Source: the human T2T-CHM13v2.0 reference genome, Homo sapiens | Direction: 5' to 3' (one strand) | Length of the DNA: 64,000 bases | Assembly (NCBI RefSeq): GCF_009914755.1 | Contig: NC_060930.1 | Shown: piece after piece, positions 60,225 through 64,000 of the stretch | Position numbering within the stretch: the first letter of the stretch is position 1 | Layout of the letters: each line of letters opens with the position of its first letter | Notes under the pieces: model-generated | Told to the model about the DNA's origin: nothing | Databases searched by the model: none | What the model saw: the letters and a program-made list of their open reading frames with translations, nothing else | Program-made: the position numbers and the translations under genes

Positions 60225-60990
60225 CCTTCATGCAAAAATCATTGCCAAACACTGTTCTGTTCATTGAGTGATACATCAGTGAACAAACAGTCAAAACTCT
60301 TGGCCTTTGTGGAACTTTACTAGGAGAAAAAAGACCAAAAGAAATAAAATAAATATGCAAGTTACACAGTATCATGTATTAGAATTTGACTAGTGCTGTG
60401 GAGAACAGAGCACAGTAAGGGTCAGGAGACTGAAATCTCAGGTAAGCAAGGGCCTGAAGGAAGTGAGAGATTGTGTCCCAGAGATATCCAGAGTTCCTAT
60501 CAGTACAAAGGTTCTGGGACAGATGGTGTCTTCTGTGTTTGAGAAAAAGCAAGAGAGCCAGGATGGCTGAGAATAGTAGGAGAAAGAGTCAGAGAAGGAA
60601 GACAGCATGCAGAACAGATTGTATAGGGACTCAGAAATCAGTATAAGAACTTTGATTTTTATTCTGGAAAAAAAAAATGAGGATCCACTGAAGAGTTCTG
60701 AGCAGAGACATGATGTAATCTGATTTTTGTTCAAAAGGATCACTTAACCTAATGAGAGTATACTGTGCACAGGCAAGGGTAGAAGCATGAAGAAATAACC
60801 CAGATGAGAAAGGGAGACAGCTTGGAACAGGGTGGCAATGGAGGAGGCAAGGAGAAGAGGTCAGATTCTAGACATACTTTCAAGGTAGTAGAATTTGCTG
60901 TCAAATGTGAGGTAAGTGAGGAGTCAAGGATAAATCTAGGATACCTGGACTGAACAAATGGAAGGGCAGAGATGCCATTAATAGGAAATC
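60225..60990 (-). mobile_element. L2a-like (intronic)
   Basis: gatacatcagtgaacaaacag...; gagttctgagcagagacatgatgtaatctgattt...aaaggatcact. Confidence 0.75.
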
Positions 60991-61154
60991 TGAAATGTAT
61001 AGCAGGGTGTTTATTTTGGTGGTGGGGAGATAAGAAATAAAAAAAAGAGCCTTTTTTAATGTTTCTAAGAATCTAAGACAATGTACAGCTCGAATTCCTT
61101 TCTTAAATTAGTTATCATCTTGTAACTTGATAAAACTTTAAAAACAATCTGCCT

Positions 61155-62780
<1,626 letters not shown>

Positions 62781-64000
62781 ATGCTTGAGTTCTTTGGCTT
62801 CTAACTTCTGGAAAAAATGTATTTTCTGGTTTATAAGTATATCTACCAAAATATGTTAAATGTGTTTGATGACACCTAAGTATCTCAGAAACTAAACTTG
62901 TTTTTTAAATTTAAACCTCAGTCTTTCTCTCCAGTTCCCACTCTTTGGTCCACTGAGCGTGCTGAGGATTGTAATGCTTCCTAAATGCTCTAGTTTTACT
63001 GCCAGACTATATGGCAAAGTTAGGGACTGCCTGAGGAACTTAATAATACATAATTCGAAATTCATCCCAGAGATACTGATTCATTAGGTTCACAATAGGG
63101 CCCAGAAATATATATCTTAAAAAGTATTACAAATAATGTGAGTATCCATATAGATTTGGTGACTATTCGCAGCGCTAACAGGCCCAAGAACATTCTTTCA
63201 TGATTCAAGTGAGCTGTCTTCACTCGTACAACTCCCCCCCGCGACATAACTGATTTTTCAAGTTAAATCCACCTTTTACACATTTTTTGACATATCTTAA
63301 TTATGCAACTATAACATGCATACAACAGATCTACGTGAACAGTAAAGACTGTTCTCTTTACAAGTACCAAGACTACAGTGTGTGCGTTTTTTTTTTTTTA
63401 AAGCTACTTTTCATAGAAGGCATTTGGCTGGTACATTTTTCAAAATTTAGTATTAACTTCTGATAAGAATACTTTTAGTTTTTCACCATCATAAGCAATT
63501 TTACAGAAGTAAATGTTTTCAAAATTAAACTTGAGAAAAAGAACTTTATTTCAAGACATAACACAATTCGGATAACAAAAAATAGGAGATAAACATCACA
63601 CAATAATAATGGGAAAACATTAAAGCAATTGATATTTAAAGGAGTTATGTTCTACCTATAAGATATTCCATTGACTTATGATCCATTTTCCCACTATTTC
63701 TACTGAGGAAAACTGCTAGATGAAGGATTTATGAGATTTGCTAAAAATTGGAATAGAATTTTCTTAGGCTGTGGGAACATCTCGATGTGTTATAAATAGA
63801 ACAGACTGTGTCACAGTTTTGAGACTGGTGGTTCCAACCACGGCCAAGTAAACAGTCTTAATGTCCTCTAACGTATTATTCTATCTTTTGTGATATTATG
63901 ATCATCTATTGATGGCTGTCAATTCAGAAAGGCCATTTAAATGCCTAAGTTCTTGCAATTAGTAAACATTTTAATGTCAGAGAAAACAAGCACACATTAC

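Overview
Primate (human-like) genomic DNA, mostly interspersed repeat. The only real protein-coding content is the 3' end of CEP85L on the minus strand: three exons at 57746-57639, 56405-56174 and 52671-52508 that splice in frame with GT-AG sites and end ...MGDNCITQ*, followed by a ~4.6 kb 3' UTR to an AATAAA at 47894-47889. Downstream of the gene lies a decayed processed pseudogene of the DEAD-box helicase DDX24 (39182-42141, minus). There are two nested retrotransposon stacks. The first (7914-23292) is an L1PA7-like element containing a full-length L1PA6-like element that contains a full-length L1PA3-like element, all on + and each with its own TSD. The second (23868-33842) is a MER5A split by ~9.8 kb of nested L1M, Alu and THE1 insertions. 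I found no confidently new biological system. The best leads are: many shared non-consensus substitutions between the nested L1 copies (apparent gene conversion); an L1 ORF0 that stays open for 173 codons across its insertion junction; a CaaX-type C-terminus on CEP85L; a 58-bp micro-inversion that flips an L1 end and its TSD; and an internal duplication in the DDX24 retrocopy that ends at a hairpin. Subfamily names and consensus states are from memory, not from a run alignment.
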